DNA from: Azolla caroliniana
Lineage: Eukaryota; Plantae; Polypodiophyta
Assembly (NCBI GenBank): GCA_043228905.1
Contig: JBHGNT010000046.1
Location: 1 to 64,000, forward strand
Direction of reading: 5' to 3'
Length of the DNA: 64,000 bases
Positions 37,402 to 53,900 of the stretch are shown piece by piece. Within the stretch, counting starts at the first letter, position 1; each line of letters begins with the position of its first letter. The notes below the pieces were generated by a model, which was not told the DNA's origin, made no database searches, and saw only the letters and a list, made by a program, of their open reading frames with translations. Position numbers and translations under genes: made by a program.

Positions 37402-40400
37402 CACAAAAATCCGATATCACACGAGCCACGTATGAACATTTTAATTTACCTCCAAGCTATTCTCAACTGACTCCTCAAATTTGCTAATTTCGTCATGGCT
37501 CTCGACCTGAGTTTCAAAATCTTGATTTTTTAATTCTATATCATAGCTAGCGTTGTTAGCTTCGATTCGCATGTTTGAACACAAAAATTCGATATCACAC
37601 TCGCCAGGTATGAACATTTTAATTTACTCAAGGGCTCCTCTCAACTCACTCCTCAAATTTGGTAATTTCGTCATGTCTCTCGACCTGAGTTTCAAAATCT
37701 TGATTTTTTAATTCGATATCATAGCTAGCGTTGTTAGCTTCGATTCGCATGTTTGAACACAAAAATCCGATAGCACACGAGCCAGGTATGAACATTTTAA
37801 TTTACTCAAGGGCTCCTCTCAACTCACTCCTGAAATTTGGTAATTTCATCATGTCTCTCGACTTGAGTTTCAAAATCTTGATTTTTTAATTCCATATCAT
37901 AGCTAGCGTTGTTAGCTTCGATTCGCATGTTTGAACACAAAAATCCGATATCACACTCGCCAGGTATGAACATTTTAATTTACTCAAGGGCTCCTCTCAA
38001 CTCACTCCTCAAATTTGCTAATTTCGTCATGGCTCTCGACCTGAGTTTCAAAATCTTGATTTTTTATTTCTATATCATAGCTAGCGTTGTTAGCTTCGAT
38101 TCGCATGTTTGAACACAAAAATGCGATATAACATGAGCCAGGTATGAACATTTTAATTTACCTCCAAGCTATTCTCAACTGTCTCCTCAAATTTGCTAAT
38201 TTCATCATGTCTCTCGACCTGAGTTTCAAAATCTCGATTTTTTAATTCTATATCATAGCTAGCGTTGTTAGCTTCGATTCGCATGTTTGAACACAAAAAT
38301 TCGATATCACACTCGCCAGGTATGAACATTTTAATTTACTCAAGGGCTCCTCTCAACTCACTCCTCAAATTTGGTAATTTCGTCATGTCTCTCGACCTGA
38401 GTTTCAAAATCTTGATTTTTTAATTCGATATCATAGCTAGCGTTGTTAGCTTCGATTCGCATGTCTGAACACAAAAATCCGATAGCACACGAGCCAGGTA
38501 TGAACATTTTAATTTACTCAAGGGCTCCTCTCAACTCACTCCTGAAATTTGGTAATTTCATCATGTCTATCGACTTGAGTTTCAAAATCTTGATTTTTTA
38601 ATTCCATATCATAGCTAGCGTTGTTAGCTTCGATTCGCATGTTTGAACACAAAAATCCGATATCACACTCGCCAGGTATGAACATTTTAATTTACTCAAG
38701 GGCTCCTCTCAACTCACTCCTCAAATTTGGTAATTTTGTCATGTCTCTCGACCTGAGTTTCAAAATCTTAATTTTTTAATTCGATATCATAGCTAGCGTT
38801 GTTAGCTTCGATTCGCATGTTTGAACACAAAAATCCGATATCACACGACCCAGGTATGAACATTTTAATTTACTCAAGCGCTCTTCCCAACTCACTCCTC
38901 AAATTTGGTAATTTCGTCATGTCTCTCGACCTGAGTTTCAAAATCTTGATTTTTTAATGCCATATCATAGCTAGCGTTGTTAGCTTCGATTCGCATATTT
39001 GAACACAAAAATCCGATATCACACGACCCACGTATGAACATTTTAATTTACCTCCAAGCTATTCTCAACTGACTCCTCAAATTTGCTAATTTCGTCATGT
39101 CTCTCGACCTGAGTTTCAAAATCTTGATTTTTTAATGCCATATCATAGCTAGCGTTGTTAGCTTCGATTCGCATGTTTGAACACAAACATCCGATAGCAC
39201 ACGAGCCAGGTATGAACATTTTCATTTACCTCCAAGCTATTCTCAACTTACTCCTCAAATTTGCTAATTTCATCAAGTCTCTTGACCTGAGTTTCAAAAC
39301 CTTGATTTTTTAATTCTATATCATAGCTAGCGTTGTTAGCTGCGATTCGCATGTTTGACCACAAAAATCCGATATCACACGAGCCAGGTATGAACATTTT
39401 AATTTTCCTACTAGCTCTTCCCAACTCACTCCTCAAATTTGGTAATTTCGTCATGTCTCTCGACCTGAGTTTCAAAATCTTGATTTTGGATTTCTATATC
39501 ATAGCTAGCGTTTTTAGCTTCGATTCGCATGTTTGGACACAAAAATGCGATATCACACGAGCCAGGTATGAACATTTTAATTTACTCAAGGGCTCCTCTC
39601 AACTCACTCCTCAAATTTGGCAATTTTGTCATGTCTCTCGACCTGAGTTTCAAAATCTTGATTTTTTATTTCTATATCATGTTAGCTTCGATTCGCATGT
39701 TTGAACACAAAAATGCGATATCACACGAGCCAGGTATGAACATTTTCATTTACTCAAGGGCTCCTCTCAACTCCCTCCTCATGTTTGGTAATTTCATCAT
39801 GTCTCTCGACGTGAGTTTCAAAATCTTGATTTTTTAATTCCATATCATAGCTAGCGTTGTTAGCTTCGATTCGCATGTTTGAACACAAAAATCCGATATC
39901 ACACGAGCCAGGTATGAACATTTTAATTTACTCAAGGGCTCCTCTCAACTCACTCGTCAAATTTGGTAATTTCGTCATGGTTCTCGACCTGAGTTTCATA
40001 ATCTTGATTTTTTAATTCCATATCATAGCTAGCGATGTTAGCTTCGATTCGCATGTTTGAACACAAAAATCTGATATCACAGGAGCCAGGTATGAACATT
40101 TTCATTTACCTCCAAGCTATTCTCAACTTACTCCTCAAATTTGCTAATTTCATCATGTCTCTCGACCTGAGTTTCAAAATCTTGATTTTTTAATGCCATA
40201 TCATAGCTAGCGTTGTTAGCTTCGATTCGCATGTTTGAGCATAAAAATTCGATATCACACGAGCCAGGTATGAACATTTTAATTTACTCAAGGGCTCCTC
40301 TCAACTCACTCCTCAAATTTGGTAATTTCATCATGTCACTCGACCTGAGTTTCAAAATCTTGATTTTTTAATTCCATATCATAGCTAGCGTTGTTAGCTT

Positions 40401-43400
40401 CGATTCGCATGTTTGAACACAAAAATCCGATATCACACTCGCCAGGTATGAACATTTTAATTTACTCAAGGGCTCCTCTCAACTCACTCCTCAAATTTGG
40501 TAATTTTGTCATGTCTCTCGACCTGAGTTTCAAAATCTTAATTTTTTAATTCGATATCATAGCTAGCGTTGTTAGCTTCGATTCGCATGTTTGAACACAA
40601 AAATCCGATATCACACGACCCAGGTATGAACATTTTAATTTACTCAAGCGCTCTTCCCAACTCACTCCTCAAATTTGGTAATTTCGTCATGTCTCTCGAC
40701 CTGAGTTTCAAAATCTTGATTTTTTAATGCCATATCATAGCTAGCGTTGTTAGCTTCGATTCGCATATTTGAACACAAAAATCCGATATCACACGACCCA
40801 CGTATGAACATTTTAATTTACCTCCAAGCTATTCTCAACTGACTCCTCAAATTTGCTACTTTCGTCATGTCTCTCGACGTGAGTTTCAAAATCTTGATTT
40901 TTTAATTCCATATCATAGCTAGCGTTGTTAGCTTCGATTCGCATGTTTGAACACAAACATCCGATATCACACGACCCAGGTATGAACATTTTAATTTACT
41001 CAAGGGCTCCTCTCAACTAACTCCTCAAATTTGGTAATTTCGTCATGTCTCTCGACCTGAGTTTCAAAATCTTGATTTTTTAATTCTATATCATAGCTAG
41101 CGTTGTTAGCTGCGATTCGCATGTTTGACCACAAAAATCCGATATCACACGAGCCAGGTATGAACATTTTAATTTTCCTACTAGCTCTTCCCAACTCACT
41201 CCTCAAATTTGGTAATTTCGTCATGTCTCTCGACCTGAGTTTCAAAATCTTGATTTTTTAATTCCATATCATAGCTAGCGTTGTTAGCTTCGATTCGCAT
41301 GTTTGAACACAAACATCCGATAGCACACGAGCCAGGTATGAACATTTTCATTTACCTCCAAGCTATTCTCAACTTACTCCTCAAATTTGCTAATTTCATC
41401 AAGTCTCTTGACCTGAGTTTCAGAAACTTGATTTTTTAATTCTATATTATAGCTAGCGTTGTTAGCTGCGATTCGCATGTTTGACCACAAAAATCCGATA
41501 TCACACGAGCCAGGTATGAACATTTTAATTTTCCTACTAGCTCTTCCCAACTCACTCCTCAAATTTGGTAATTTCGTCATGTCTCTCGACCTGAGTTTCA
41601 AAATCTTGATTTTGGATTTCTATATCATAGCTAGCGTTTTTAGCTTCGATTCGCATGTTTGAACACAAAAATGCGATATCACACGAGCCAGGTATGAACA
41701 TTTTAATTTACTCAAGGGCTCCTCTCAACTCACTCCTCAAATTTGGCAATTTTGTCATGTCTCTCGACCTGAGTTTCAAAATCTTGATTTTTTATTTCTA
41801 TATCATAGCTAGGAATGTTAGCTTCGATTCGCATGTTTGAACACAAAAATGCGATATCACACGAGCCAGGTATGAACATTTTCATTTACTCAAGGGCTCC
41901 TCTCAACTCCCTCCTCATGTTTGGTAATTTCATCATGTCTCTCGACCTGAGTTTCAAAATCTTGATTTTTTAATGCCATATCATAGCTAGCGTTGTTAGC
42001 TTCGATTCGCATGTTTGAACACAAACATCCGATAGCACACGAGCCAGGTATGAACATTTTCATTTACCTCCAAGCTATTCTCAACTTACTCCTCAAATTT
42101 GCTAATTTCATCAAGTCTCTTGACCTGAGTTTCAAAAACTTGATTTTTTAATTCTATATCATAGCTAGCGTTGTTAGCTGCGATTCGCATGTTTGTCCAC
42201 AAAAATCCGATATCACACGAGCCAGGTATGAACATTTTAATTTTCCTACTAGCTCTTCCCAACTCACTCCTCAAATTTGGTAATTTCGTCATGTCTCTCG
42301 ACCTGAGTTTCAAAATCTTGATTTTGGATTTCTATATCATAGCTAGCGTTTTTAGCTTCGATTCGCATGTTTGGACACAAAAATGCGATATCACACGAGC
42401 CAGGTATGAACATTTTAATTTACTCAAGGGCTCCTCTCAACTCACTCCTCAAATTTGGCAATTTTGTCATGTCTCTCGACCTGAGTTTCAAAATCTTGAT
42501 TTTTTATTTCTATATCATGTTAGCTTCGATTCGCATGTTTGAACACAAAAATGCGATATCACACGAGCCAGGTATGAACATTTTCATTTACTCAAGGGCT
42601 CCTCTCAACTCCCTCCTCATGTTTGGTAATTTCATCATGTCTCTCGACGTGAGTTTCAAAATCTTGATTTTTTAATTCCATATCATAGCTAGTGTTGTTA
42701 GCTTCGATTCGCATGTTTGAACACAAAAATCCGATATCACACGAGCCAGGTATGAACATTTTAATTTACTCAAGGGCTCCTCTCAACTCACTCGTCAAAT
42801 TTGGTAATTTCGTCATGGTTCTCGACCTGAGTTTCATAATCTTGATTTTTTAATTCCATATCATAGCTAGCGATGTTAGCTTCGATTCGCATGTTTGAAC
42901 ACAAAAATCTGATATCACAGGAGCCAGGTATGAACATTTTCATTTACCTCCAAGCTATTCTCAACTTACTCCTCAAATTTGCTAATTTCATCATGTCTCT
43001 CGACCTGAGTTTCAAAATCTTGATTTTTTAATGCCATATCATAGCTAGCGTTGTTAGCTTCGATTCGCATGTTTGAGCATAAAAATTCGATATCACACGA
43101 GCCAGGTATGAACATTTTAATTTACTCAAGGGCTCCTCTCAACTCACTCCTCAAATTTGGTAATTTCATCATGTCTCTCGACCTGAGTTTCAAAATCTTG
43201 ATTTTTTAATTCCATATCATAGCTAGCGTTGTTAGCTTCGATTCGCATGTTTGAACACAAAAATCCGATATCACACGAGCCACGTATGAACATTTTAATT
43301 TTCCTACTAGCTCTTCCCAACTCACTCCTCAAATTTGCTAATTTCGTCATGTCTCTCGACCTGAGTTTCAAAATCTTGATTTTTTAATTGCATATTATAG

Positions 43401-46400
43401 CTAGCGCTGTCAGCTTCGATACGCATGTTTGAACACAAAAATCCGATATCACACGAGCAAGGTATGAACATTTTGTTTTACTCAAGGGCTCCTCTCAACT
43501 CCCTCCTCATGTTTGGTAATTTCGTCATGTCTCTCGACCTGAGTTTCAAAATCTTGATTTTTTAATTCCATATCATAGCTAGTGTTGTTAGCTTCGATTC
43601 GCATGTTTGAGCACAAAAATCCGATATCACACGAGCCACGTATGAACATTTTATTTTACCTCCAAGCTATTCTCAACTCACTCGTCAAATTTGGTAATTT
43701 CGTCATGTCTCTCGAACTGAGTTTCAAAATCTTGATTTTTTAATTCCATATCATAGCTAGCGCTGTTAGCTTCGATTCGCATGTTTGAACACAAAAATCC
43801 GATATCACACGAGCAAGGTATGAACATTTTGTTTTACTCAAGGGCTCTTCTCAACTCCCTCCTCATGTTTGGTAATTTCGTCATGTCTCTCGACCTGAGT
43901 TTCAAAATCTTGATTTTTTAATTCCATATCATAGCTAGCGTTGTTAGCTTCGATTCGCATGTTTGAGCACAAAAATTCGATATCACACTCGCCAGGTATG
44001 AACATTTTAATTTACTCAAGGCCTCCTCTCAACTAACTCCTCAAATTTGGTAATTTCGTCATGTCTCTCGACCTGAGTTTCAAAATCTTGATTTTTTAAT
44101 TCCATATCATAGCTAGCGTTGTTAGCTTCGATTCGCATGTTTGAACACAAAAATCCGATATCACACGAGCCACGTATGAACATTTTAATTTACCTCCAAG
44201 CTATTCTCAACTGACTCCTCAAATTTGCTAATTTCGTCATGGCTCTCGACCTGAGTTTCAAAATCTTGATTTTTTAATTCTATATCATAGCTAGCGTTGT
44301 TAGCTTCGATTCGCATGTTTGAACACAAAAATTCGATATCACACTCGCCAGGTATGAACATTTTAATTTACTCAAGGGCTCCTCTCAACTCACTCCTCAA
44401 ATTTGGTAATTTCGTCATGTCTCTCGACCTGAGTTTCAAAATCTTGATTTTTTAATTCGATATCATAGCTAGCGTTGTTAGCTTCGATTCGCATGTTTGA
44501 ACACAAAAATCCGATAGCACACGAGCCAGGTATGAACATTTTAATTTACTCAAGGGCTCCTCTCAACTCACTCCTGAAATTTGGTAATTTCATCATGTCT
44601 CTCGACTTGAGTTTCAAAATCTTGATTTTTTAATTCCATATCATAGCTAGCGTTGTTAGCTTCGATTCGCATGTTTGAACACAAAAATCCGATATCACAC
44701 TCGCCAGGTATGAACATTTTAATTTACTCAAGGGCTCCTCTCAACTCACTCCTCAAATTTGCTAATTTCGTCATGGCTCTCGACCTGAGTTTCAAAATCT
44801 TGATTTTTTATTTCTATATCATAGCTAGCGTTGTTAGCTTCGATTCGCATGTTTGAACACAAAAATGCGATATAACATGAGCCAGGTATGAACATTTTAA
44901 TTTACCTCCAAGCTATTCTCAACTGTCTCCTCAAATTTGCTAATTTCATCATGTCTCTCGACCTGAGTTTCAAAATCTCGATTTTTTAATTCTATATCAT
45001 AGCTAGCGTTGTTAGCTTCGATTCGCATGTTTGAACACAAAAATTCGATATCACACTCGCCAGGTATGAACATTTTAATTTACTCAAGGGCTCCTCTCAA
45101 CTCACTCCTCAAATTTGGTAATTTCGTCATGTCTCTCGACCTGAGTTTCAAAATCTTGATTTTTTAATTCGATATCATAGCTAGCGTTGTTAGCTTCGAT
45201 TCGCATGTCTGAACACAAAAATCCGATAGCACACGAGCCAGGTATGAACATTTTAATTTACTCAAGGGCTCCTCTCAACTCACTCCTGAAATTTGGTAAT
45301 TTCATCATGTCTCTCGACTTGAGTTTCAAAATCTTGATTTTTTAATTCCATATCATAGCTAGCGTTGTTAGCTTCGATTCGCATGTTTGAACACAAAAAT
45401 CCGATATCACACTCGCCAGGTATGAACATTTTAATTTACTCAAGGGCTCCTCTCAACTCACTCCTCAAATTTGGTAATTTTGTCATGTCTCTCGACCTGA
45501 GTTTCAAAATCTTAATTTTTTAATTCGATATCATAGCTAGCGTTGTTAGCTTCGATTCGCATGTTTGAACACAAAAATCCGATATCACACGACCCAGGTA
45601 TGAACATTTTAATTTACTCAAGCGCTCTTCCCAACTCACTCCTCAAATTTGGTAATTTCGTCATGTCTCTCGACCTGAGTTTCAAAATCTTGATTTTTTA
45701 ATGCCATATCATAGCTAGCGTTGTTAGCTTCGATTCGCATATTTGAACACAAAAATCCGATATCACACGACCCACGTATGAACATTTTAATTTACCTCCA
45801 AGCTATTCTCAACTGACTCCTCAAATTTGCTAATTTCGTCATGTCTCTCGACCTGAGTTTCAAAATCTTGATTTTTTAATGCCATATCATAGCTAGCGTT
45901 GTTAGCTTCGATTCGCATGTTTGAACACAAACATCCGATAGCACACGAGCCAGGTATGAACATTTTCATTTACCTCCAAGCTATTCTCAACTTACTCCTC
46001 AAATTTGCTAATTTCATCAAGTCTCTTGACCTGAGTTTCAAAACCTTGATTTTTTAATTCTATATCATAGCTAGCGTTGTTAGCTGCGATTCGCATGTTT
46101 GACCACAAAAATCCGATATCACACGAGCCAGGTATGAACATTTTAATTTTCCTACTAGCTCTTCCCAACTCACTCCTCAAATTTGGTAATTTCGTCATGT
46201 CTCTCGACCTGAGTTTCAAAATCTTGATTTTGGATTTCTATATCATAGCTAGCGTTTTTAGCTTCGATTCGCATGTTTGGACACAAAAATGCGATATCAC
46301 ACGAGCCAGGTATGAACATTTTAATTTACTCAAGGGCTCCTCTCAACTCACTCCTCAAATTTGGCAATTTTGTCATGTCTCTCGACCTGAGTTTCAAAAT

Positions 46401-49400
46401 CTTGATTTTTTATTTCTATATCATGTTAGCTTCGATTCGCATGTTTGAACACAAAAATGCGATATCACACGAGCCAGGTATGAACATTTTCATTTACTCA
46501 AGGGCTCCTCTCAACTCCCTCCTCATGTTTGGTAATTTCATCATGTCTCTCGACGTGAGTTTCAAAATCTTGATTTTTTAATTCCATATCATAGCTAGCG
46601 TTGTTAGCTTCGATTCGCATGTTTGAACACAAAAATCCGATATCACACGAGCCAGGTATGAACATTTTAATTTACTCAAGGGCTCCTCTCAACTCACTCG
46701 TCAAATTTGGTAATTTCGTCATGGTTCTCGACCTGAGTTTCATAATCTTGATTTTTTAATTCCATATCATAGCTAGCGATGTTAGCTTCGATTCGCATGT
46801 TTGAACACAAAAATCTGATATCACAGGAGCCAGGTATGAACATTTTCATTTACCTCCAAGCTATTCTCAACTTACTCCTCAAATTTGCTAATTTCATCAT
46901 GTCTCTCGACCTGAGTTTCAAAATCTTGATTTTTTAATGCCATATCATAGCTAGCGTTGTTAGCTTCGATTCGCATGTTTGAGCATAAAAATTCGATATC
47001 ACACGAGCCAGGTATGAACATTTTAATTTACTCAAGGGCTCCTCTCAACTCACTCCTCAAATTTGGTAATTTCATCATGTCTCTCGACCTGAGTTTCAAA
47101 ATCTTGATTTTTTAATTCCATATCATAGCTAGCGTTGTTAGCTTCGATTCGCATGTTTGAACACAAAAATCCGATATCACACTCGCCAGGTATGAACATT
47201 TTAATTTACTCAAGGGCTCCTCTCAACTCACTCCTCAAATTTGGTAATTTTGTCATGTCTCTCGACCTGAGTTTCAAAATCTTAATTTTTTAATTCGATA
47301 TCATAGCTAGCGTTGTTAGCTTCGATTCGCATGTTTGAACACAAAAATCCGATATCACACGACCCAGGTATGAACATTTTAATTTACTCAAGCGCTCTTC
47401 CCAACTCACTCCTCAAATTTGGTAATTTCGTCATGTCTCTCGACCTGAGTTTCAAAATCTTGATTTTTTAATGCCATATCATAGCTAGCGTTGTTAGCTT
47501 CGATTCGCATATTTGAACACAAAAATCCGATATCACACGACCCACGTATGAACATTTTAATTTACCTCCAAGCTATTCTCAACTGACTCCTCAAATTTGC
47601 TAATTTCGTCATGTCTCTCGACGTGAGTTTCAAAATCTTGATTTTTTAATTCCATATCATAGCTAGCGTTGTTAGCTTCGATTCGCATGTTTGAACACAA
47701 ACATCCGATATCACACGACCCAGGTATGAACATTTTAATTTACTCAAGGGCTCCTCTCAACTAACTCCTCAAATTTGGTAATTTCGTCATGTCTCTCGAC
47801 CTGAGTTTCAAAATCTTGATTTTTTAATTCTATATCATAGCTAGCGTTGTTAGCTGCGATTCGCATGTTTGACCACAAAAATCCGATATCACACGAGCCA
47901 GGTATGAACATTTTAATTTTCCTACGAGCTCTTCCCAACTCACTCCTCAAATTTGGTAATTTCGTCATGTCTCTCGACCTGAGTTTCAAAATCTTGATTT
48001 TTTAATTCCATATCATAGCTAGCGTTGTTAGCTTCGATTCGCATGTTTGAACACAAACATCCGATAGCACACGAGCCAGGTATGAACATTTTCATTTACC
48101 TCCAAGCTATTCTCAACTTACTCCTCAAATTTGCTAATTTCATCAAGTCTCTTGACCTGAGTTTCAAAAACTTGATTTTTTAATTCTATATTATAGCTAG
48201 CGTTGTTAGCTGCGATTCGCATGTTTGACCACAAAAATCCGATATCACACGAGCCAGGTATGAACATTTTAATTTTCCTACTAGCTCTTCCCAACTCACT
48301 CCTCAAATTTGGTAATTTCGTCATGTCTCTCGACCTGAGTTTCAAAATCTTGATTTTGGATTTCTATATCATAGCTAGCGTTTTTAGCTTCGATTCGCAT
48401 GTTTGAACACAAAAATGCGATATCACACGAGCCAGGTATGAACATTTTAATTTACTCAAGGGCTCCTCTCAACTCACTCCTCAAATTTGGCAATTTTGTC
48501 ATGTCTCTCGACCTGAGTTTCAAAATCTTGATTTTTTATTTCTATATCATAGCTAGGAATGTTAGCTTCGATTCGCATGTTTGAACACAAAAATGCGATA
48601 TCACACGAGCCAGGTATGAACATTTTCATTTACTCAAGGGCTCCTCTCAACTCCCTCCTCATGTTTGGTAATTTCATCATGTCTCTCGACCTGAGTTTCA
48701 AAATCTTGATTTTTTAATGCCATATCATAGCTAGCGTTGTTAGCTTCGATTCGCATGTTTGAACACAAACATCCGATAGCACACGAGCCAGGTATGAACA
48801 TTTTCATTTACCTCCAAGCTATTCTCAACTTACTCCTCAAATTTGCTAATTTCATCAAGTCTCTTGACCTGAGTTTCAAAAACTTGATTTTTTAATTCTA
48901 TATCATAGCTAGCGTTGTTAGCTGCGATTCGCATGTTTGACCACAAAAATCCGATATCACACGAGCCAGGTATGAACATTTTAATTTTCCTACTAGCTCT
49001 TCCCAACTCACTCCTCAAATTTGGTAATTTCGTCATGTCTCTCGACCTGAGTTTCAAAATCTTGATTTTGGATTTCTATATCATAGCTAGCGTTTTTAGC
49101 TTCGATTCGCATGTTTGGACACAAAAATGCGATATCACACGAGCCAGGTATGAACATTTTAATTTACTCAAGGGCTCCTCTCAACTCACTCCTCAAATTT
49201 GGCAATTTTGTCATGTCTCTCGACCTGAGTTTCAAAATCTTGATTTTTTATTTCTATATCATGTTAGCTTCGATTCGCATGTTTGAACACAAAAATGCGA
49301 TATCACACGAGCCAGGTATGAACATTTTCATTTACTCAAGGGCTCCTCTCAACTCCCTCCTCATGTTTGGTAATTTCATCATGTCTCTCGACGTGAGTTT

Positions 49401-50915
49401 CAAAATCTTGATTTTTTAATTCCATATCATAGCTAGCGTTGTTAGCTTCGATTCGCATGTTTGAACACAAAAATCCGATATCACACGAGCCAGGTATGAA
49501 CATTTTAATTTACTCAAGGGCTCCTCTCAACTCACTCGTCAAATTTGGTAATTTCGTCATGGTTCTCGACCTGAGTTTCATAATCTTGATTTTTTAATTC
49601 CATATCATAGCTAGCGATGTTAGCTTCGATTCGCATGTTTGAACACAAAAATCTGATATCACAGGAGCCAGGTATGAACATTTTCATTTACCTCCAAGCT
49701 ATTCTCAACTTACTCCTCAAATTTGCTAATTTCATCATGTCTCTCGACCTGAGTTTCAAAATCTTGATTTTTTAATGCCATATCATAGCTAGCGTTGTTA
49801 GCTTCGATTCGCATGTTTGAGCATAAAAATTCGATATCACACGAGCCAGGTATGAACATTTTAATTTACTCAAGGGCTCCTCTCAACTCACTCCTCAAAT
49901 TTGGTAATTTCATCATGTCTCTCGACCTGAGTTTCAAAATCTTGATTTTTTAATTCCATATCATAGCTAGCGTTGTTAGCTTCGATTCGCATGTTTGAAC
50001 ACAAAAATCCGATATCACACGAGCCACGTATGAACATTTTAATTTTCCTACTAGCTCTTCCCAACTCACTCCTCAAATTTGCTAATTTCGTCATGTCTCT
50101 CGACCTGAGTTTCAAAATCTTGATTTTTTAATTGCATATTATAGCTAGCGCTGTCAGCTTCGATACGCATGTTTGAACACAAAAATCCGATATCACACGA
50201 GCAAGGTATGAACATTTTGTTTTACTCAAGGGCTCCTCTCAACTCCCTCCTCATGTTTGGTAATTTCGTCATGTCTCTCGACCTGAGTTTCAAAATCTTG
50301 ATTTTTTAATTCCATATCATAGCTAGTGTTGTTAGCTTCGATTCGCATGTTTGAGCACAAAAATCCGATATCACACGAGCCACGTATGAACATTTTATTT
50401 TACCTCCAAGCTATTCTCAACTCACTCGTCAAATTTGGTAATTTCGTCATGTCTCTCGAACTGAGTTTCAAAATCTTGATTTTTTAATTCCATATCATAG
50501 CTAGCGCTGTTAGCTTCGATTCGCATGTTTGAACACAAAAATCCGATATCACACGAGCAAGGTATGAACATTTTGTTTTACTCAAGGGCTCTTCTCAACT
50601 CCCTCCTCATGTTTGGTAATTTCGTCATGTCTCTCGACCTGAGTTTCAAAATCTTGATTTTTTAATTCCATATCATAGCTAGCGTTGTTAGCTTCGATTC
50701 GCATGTTTGAGCACAAAAATTCGATATCACACTCGCCAGGTATGAACATTTTAATTTACTCAAGGCCTCCTCTCAACTAACTCCTCAAATTTGGTAATTT
50801 CGTCATGTCTCTCGACCTGAGTTTCAAAATCTTGATTTTTTAATTCCATATCATAGCTAGCGTTGTTAGCTTCGATTCGCATGTTTGAACACAAAAATCC
50901 GATATCACACGAGCC
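37402..50915 (+). repeat. 38-monomer tandem duplication (6744 bp offset)
   Basis: Markers 37909->44653, 39043->45787, 41000->47744 and 43144->49888 differ by 6744 = 38x178-20. Each unit carries two 10-bp deletions (tatcat|gttagc at ~39680 and ~42518). Confidence 0.9.
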
Positions 50916-53900
50916 AGGTATGAACATTTTAATTTACTGAAGGGCTCCTCTCAACTCCCTCCTCATGTTTGGTAATTTCGTCATGTCTCTCGACCTGAGT
51001 TTCAAAATCTTGATTTTTTAATTCCATATCATAGCTAGCATTGTTAGCTTCGATTCGCATGTTTGAACACAAAAATCCGATATTACACGTGCCAGGTATG
51101 AACATTTTAATTTACTCAAGGGCTCCTCTCAACTCACTCCTCAAATTTGGTAATTTCGTCATGTCTCTCGACCTGAGTTTCAAAATCTTGATTTTGTAAA
51201 TCCATATCATAGCTAGCGTTGTTAGCTTCGATTCGCATGTTTGAACTCAAAAATCCGATATCACACGACCCAGGTATGAACATTTTAATTTACTCAAGGG
51301 CTCTTCCCAACTCACTCCTCAAATTTGGTAATTTCGTCATGTCTCTCGACCTGAGTTTCAAAATCTTGATTTTTTAATGCCATATCATAGCTAGCGTTGT
51401 TAGCTTCGATTCGCATGTTTGAACACAAAAATCCGATATCACACGAGCCAGGTATGAACATTTTAATTTACTGAAGGGCTCCTCTCAACTCCCTCCTCAT
51501 GTTTGGTAATTTCGTCATGTCTCTCGACCTGAGTTTCAAAATCTTGATTTTTTAATTCCATATCATAGCTAGCATTGTTAGCTTCGATTCGCATGTTTGA
51601 ACACAAAAATCCGATATTACACGTGCCAGGTATGAACATTTTAATTTACTCAAGGGCTCCTCTCAACTCACTCCTCAAATTTGGTAATTTCGTCATGTCT
51701 CTCGACCTGAGTTTCAAAATCTTGATTTTGTAAATCCATATCATAGCTAGCGTTGTTAGCTTCGATTCGCATGTTTGAACTCAAAAATCCGATATCACAC
51801 GACCCAGGTATGAACATTTTAATTTACTCAAGGGCTCTTCCCAACTCACTCCTCAAATTTGGTAATTTCGTCATGTCTCTCGACCTGAGTTTCAAAATCT
51901 TGATTTTTTAATGCCATATCATAGCTAGCGTTGTTAGCTTCGATTCGCATGTTTGAACACAAACATCCGATATCACACGAGCAAGGAATGAACATTTTAA
52001 TTTACTCAAGGGCTCCTCTCAACTCCCTCCTAAAATTTGGTAATTTCATCATGTCTTTCGACCTGAGTTTCAAAATCTCGATTTTTTAATTCCATAGCAT
52101 AGCTAGTGCTGTTAGCTTCGATTCGCATGTTTGAGCACAAAAATCCGATATCACACGACCCACGTATGAACATTTTAATTTTCCTACTAGCTCTTCCCAA
52201 CTCACTCCTCAAATTTTGTAATTTCGTCATGTCTCTCGACCTGAGTTTCAAAATCTTGATTTTTTAATTCCATATCATAGGTAGCGTTGTTAGCTTCGAT
52301 TCTCATGTTTGAGCACAAAAATCCGATATCACACTCGCCTGGTATGAACATTTTAATTTACTCAAGGGCTCCTCTCAACTCACTCCTCAAATTTGGTAAT
52401 TTCGTCATGTCTCTCGACCTGAGTTTCAAAATCTTGATTTTTTAATTCGATATCATAGCTAGCGTTGTTAGCTTCGATTCGCATGTTTGAACACAGAAAT
52501 CCGATATCACACGACCCAGGTATGAACATTTTAATTTACTCAAGGACTCTTCCCAACTCACTCCTCAAATTTGGTAATTTCGTCATGTCTCTCGACCTGA
52601 GTTTCAAAATCTTGATTTTTTAATGCCATATCATAGCTAGCGTTGTTAGCTTCGATTCGCATGTTTAAACACAAACATCCGATATCACACGAGCAAGGAA
52701 TGAACATTTTAATTTACTCAAGGGCTCCTCTCAACTCACTCCTGAAATTTGGTAATTTCATCATGTCTCTCGACTTGAGTTTCAAAATCTTGATTTTTTA
52801 ATTCCATATCATAGCTAGCGTTGTTAGCTTCGATTCGCAAGTTTGAACACAAAAATCCGATATCACACTCGCCAGGTATGAACATTTTAATTTACTCAAG
52901 GGCTCCTCTCAACTCACTCCTCAAATTTGGTAATTTTGTCATGTCTCTCGACCTGAGTTTCAAAATCTTAATTTTTTAATTCGATATCCTAGCTAGCGTT
53001 GTTAGCTTCGATTCGCATGTTTGAACACAAAAATCCGATATCACACGACCCAGGTATGAACATTTTAATTTACTCAAGCGCTCTTCCCAACTCACTCCTC
53101 AAATTTGGTAATTTCGTCATGTCTCTCGACCTGAGTTTCAAAATCTTGATTTTTTAATGCCATATCATAGCTAGCGTTGTTAGCTTCGATTCGCATATTT
53201 GAACACAAAAATCCGATATCACACGACCCACGTATGAACATTTTAATTTACCTCCAAGCTATTCTCAACTGACTCCTCAAATTTGCTAATTTCATCAAGT
53301 CTCTTGACCTGAGTTTCAAAAACTTGATTTTTTAATTCTATATCATAGCTAGCGTTGTTAGCTGCGATTCGCATGTTTGACCACAAAAATCCGATATCAC
53401 ACGAGCCAGTTATGAACATTTTAATTTTCCTACTAGCTCTTCCCAACTCACTCCTCAAATTTGGTAATTTCGTCATGTCTCTCGACCTGAGTTTCAAAAT
53501 CTTGATTTTGGATTTCTATATCATAGCTAGCGTTTTTAGCTTCGATTCGCATGTTTGAACACAAAAATGCGATATCACACGAGCCAGGTATGAACATTTT
53601 AATTTACTCAAGGGCTCCTCTCAACTCACTCCTCAAATTTGGCAATTTTGTCATGTCTCTCGACCTGAGTTTCAAAATCTTGATTTTTTATTTCTATATC
53701 ATAGCTAGCGTTGTTAGCTTCGATTCGCATGTTTGAACACAAACATCCGATATCACACGAGCAAGGAATGAACATTTTAATTTACTCAAGGGCTCCTCTC
53801 AACTCCCTCCTAAAATTTGGTAATTTCATCATGTCTTTCGACCTGAGTTTCAAAATCTCGATTTTTTAATTCCATAGCATAGCTAGTGCTGTTAGCTTCG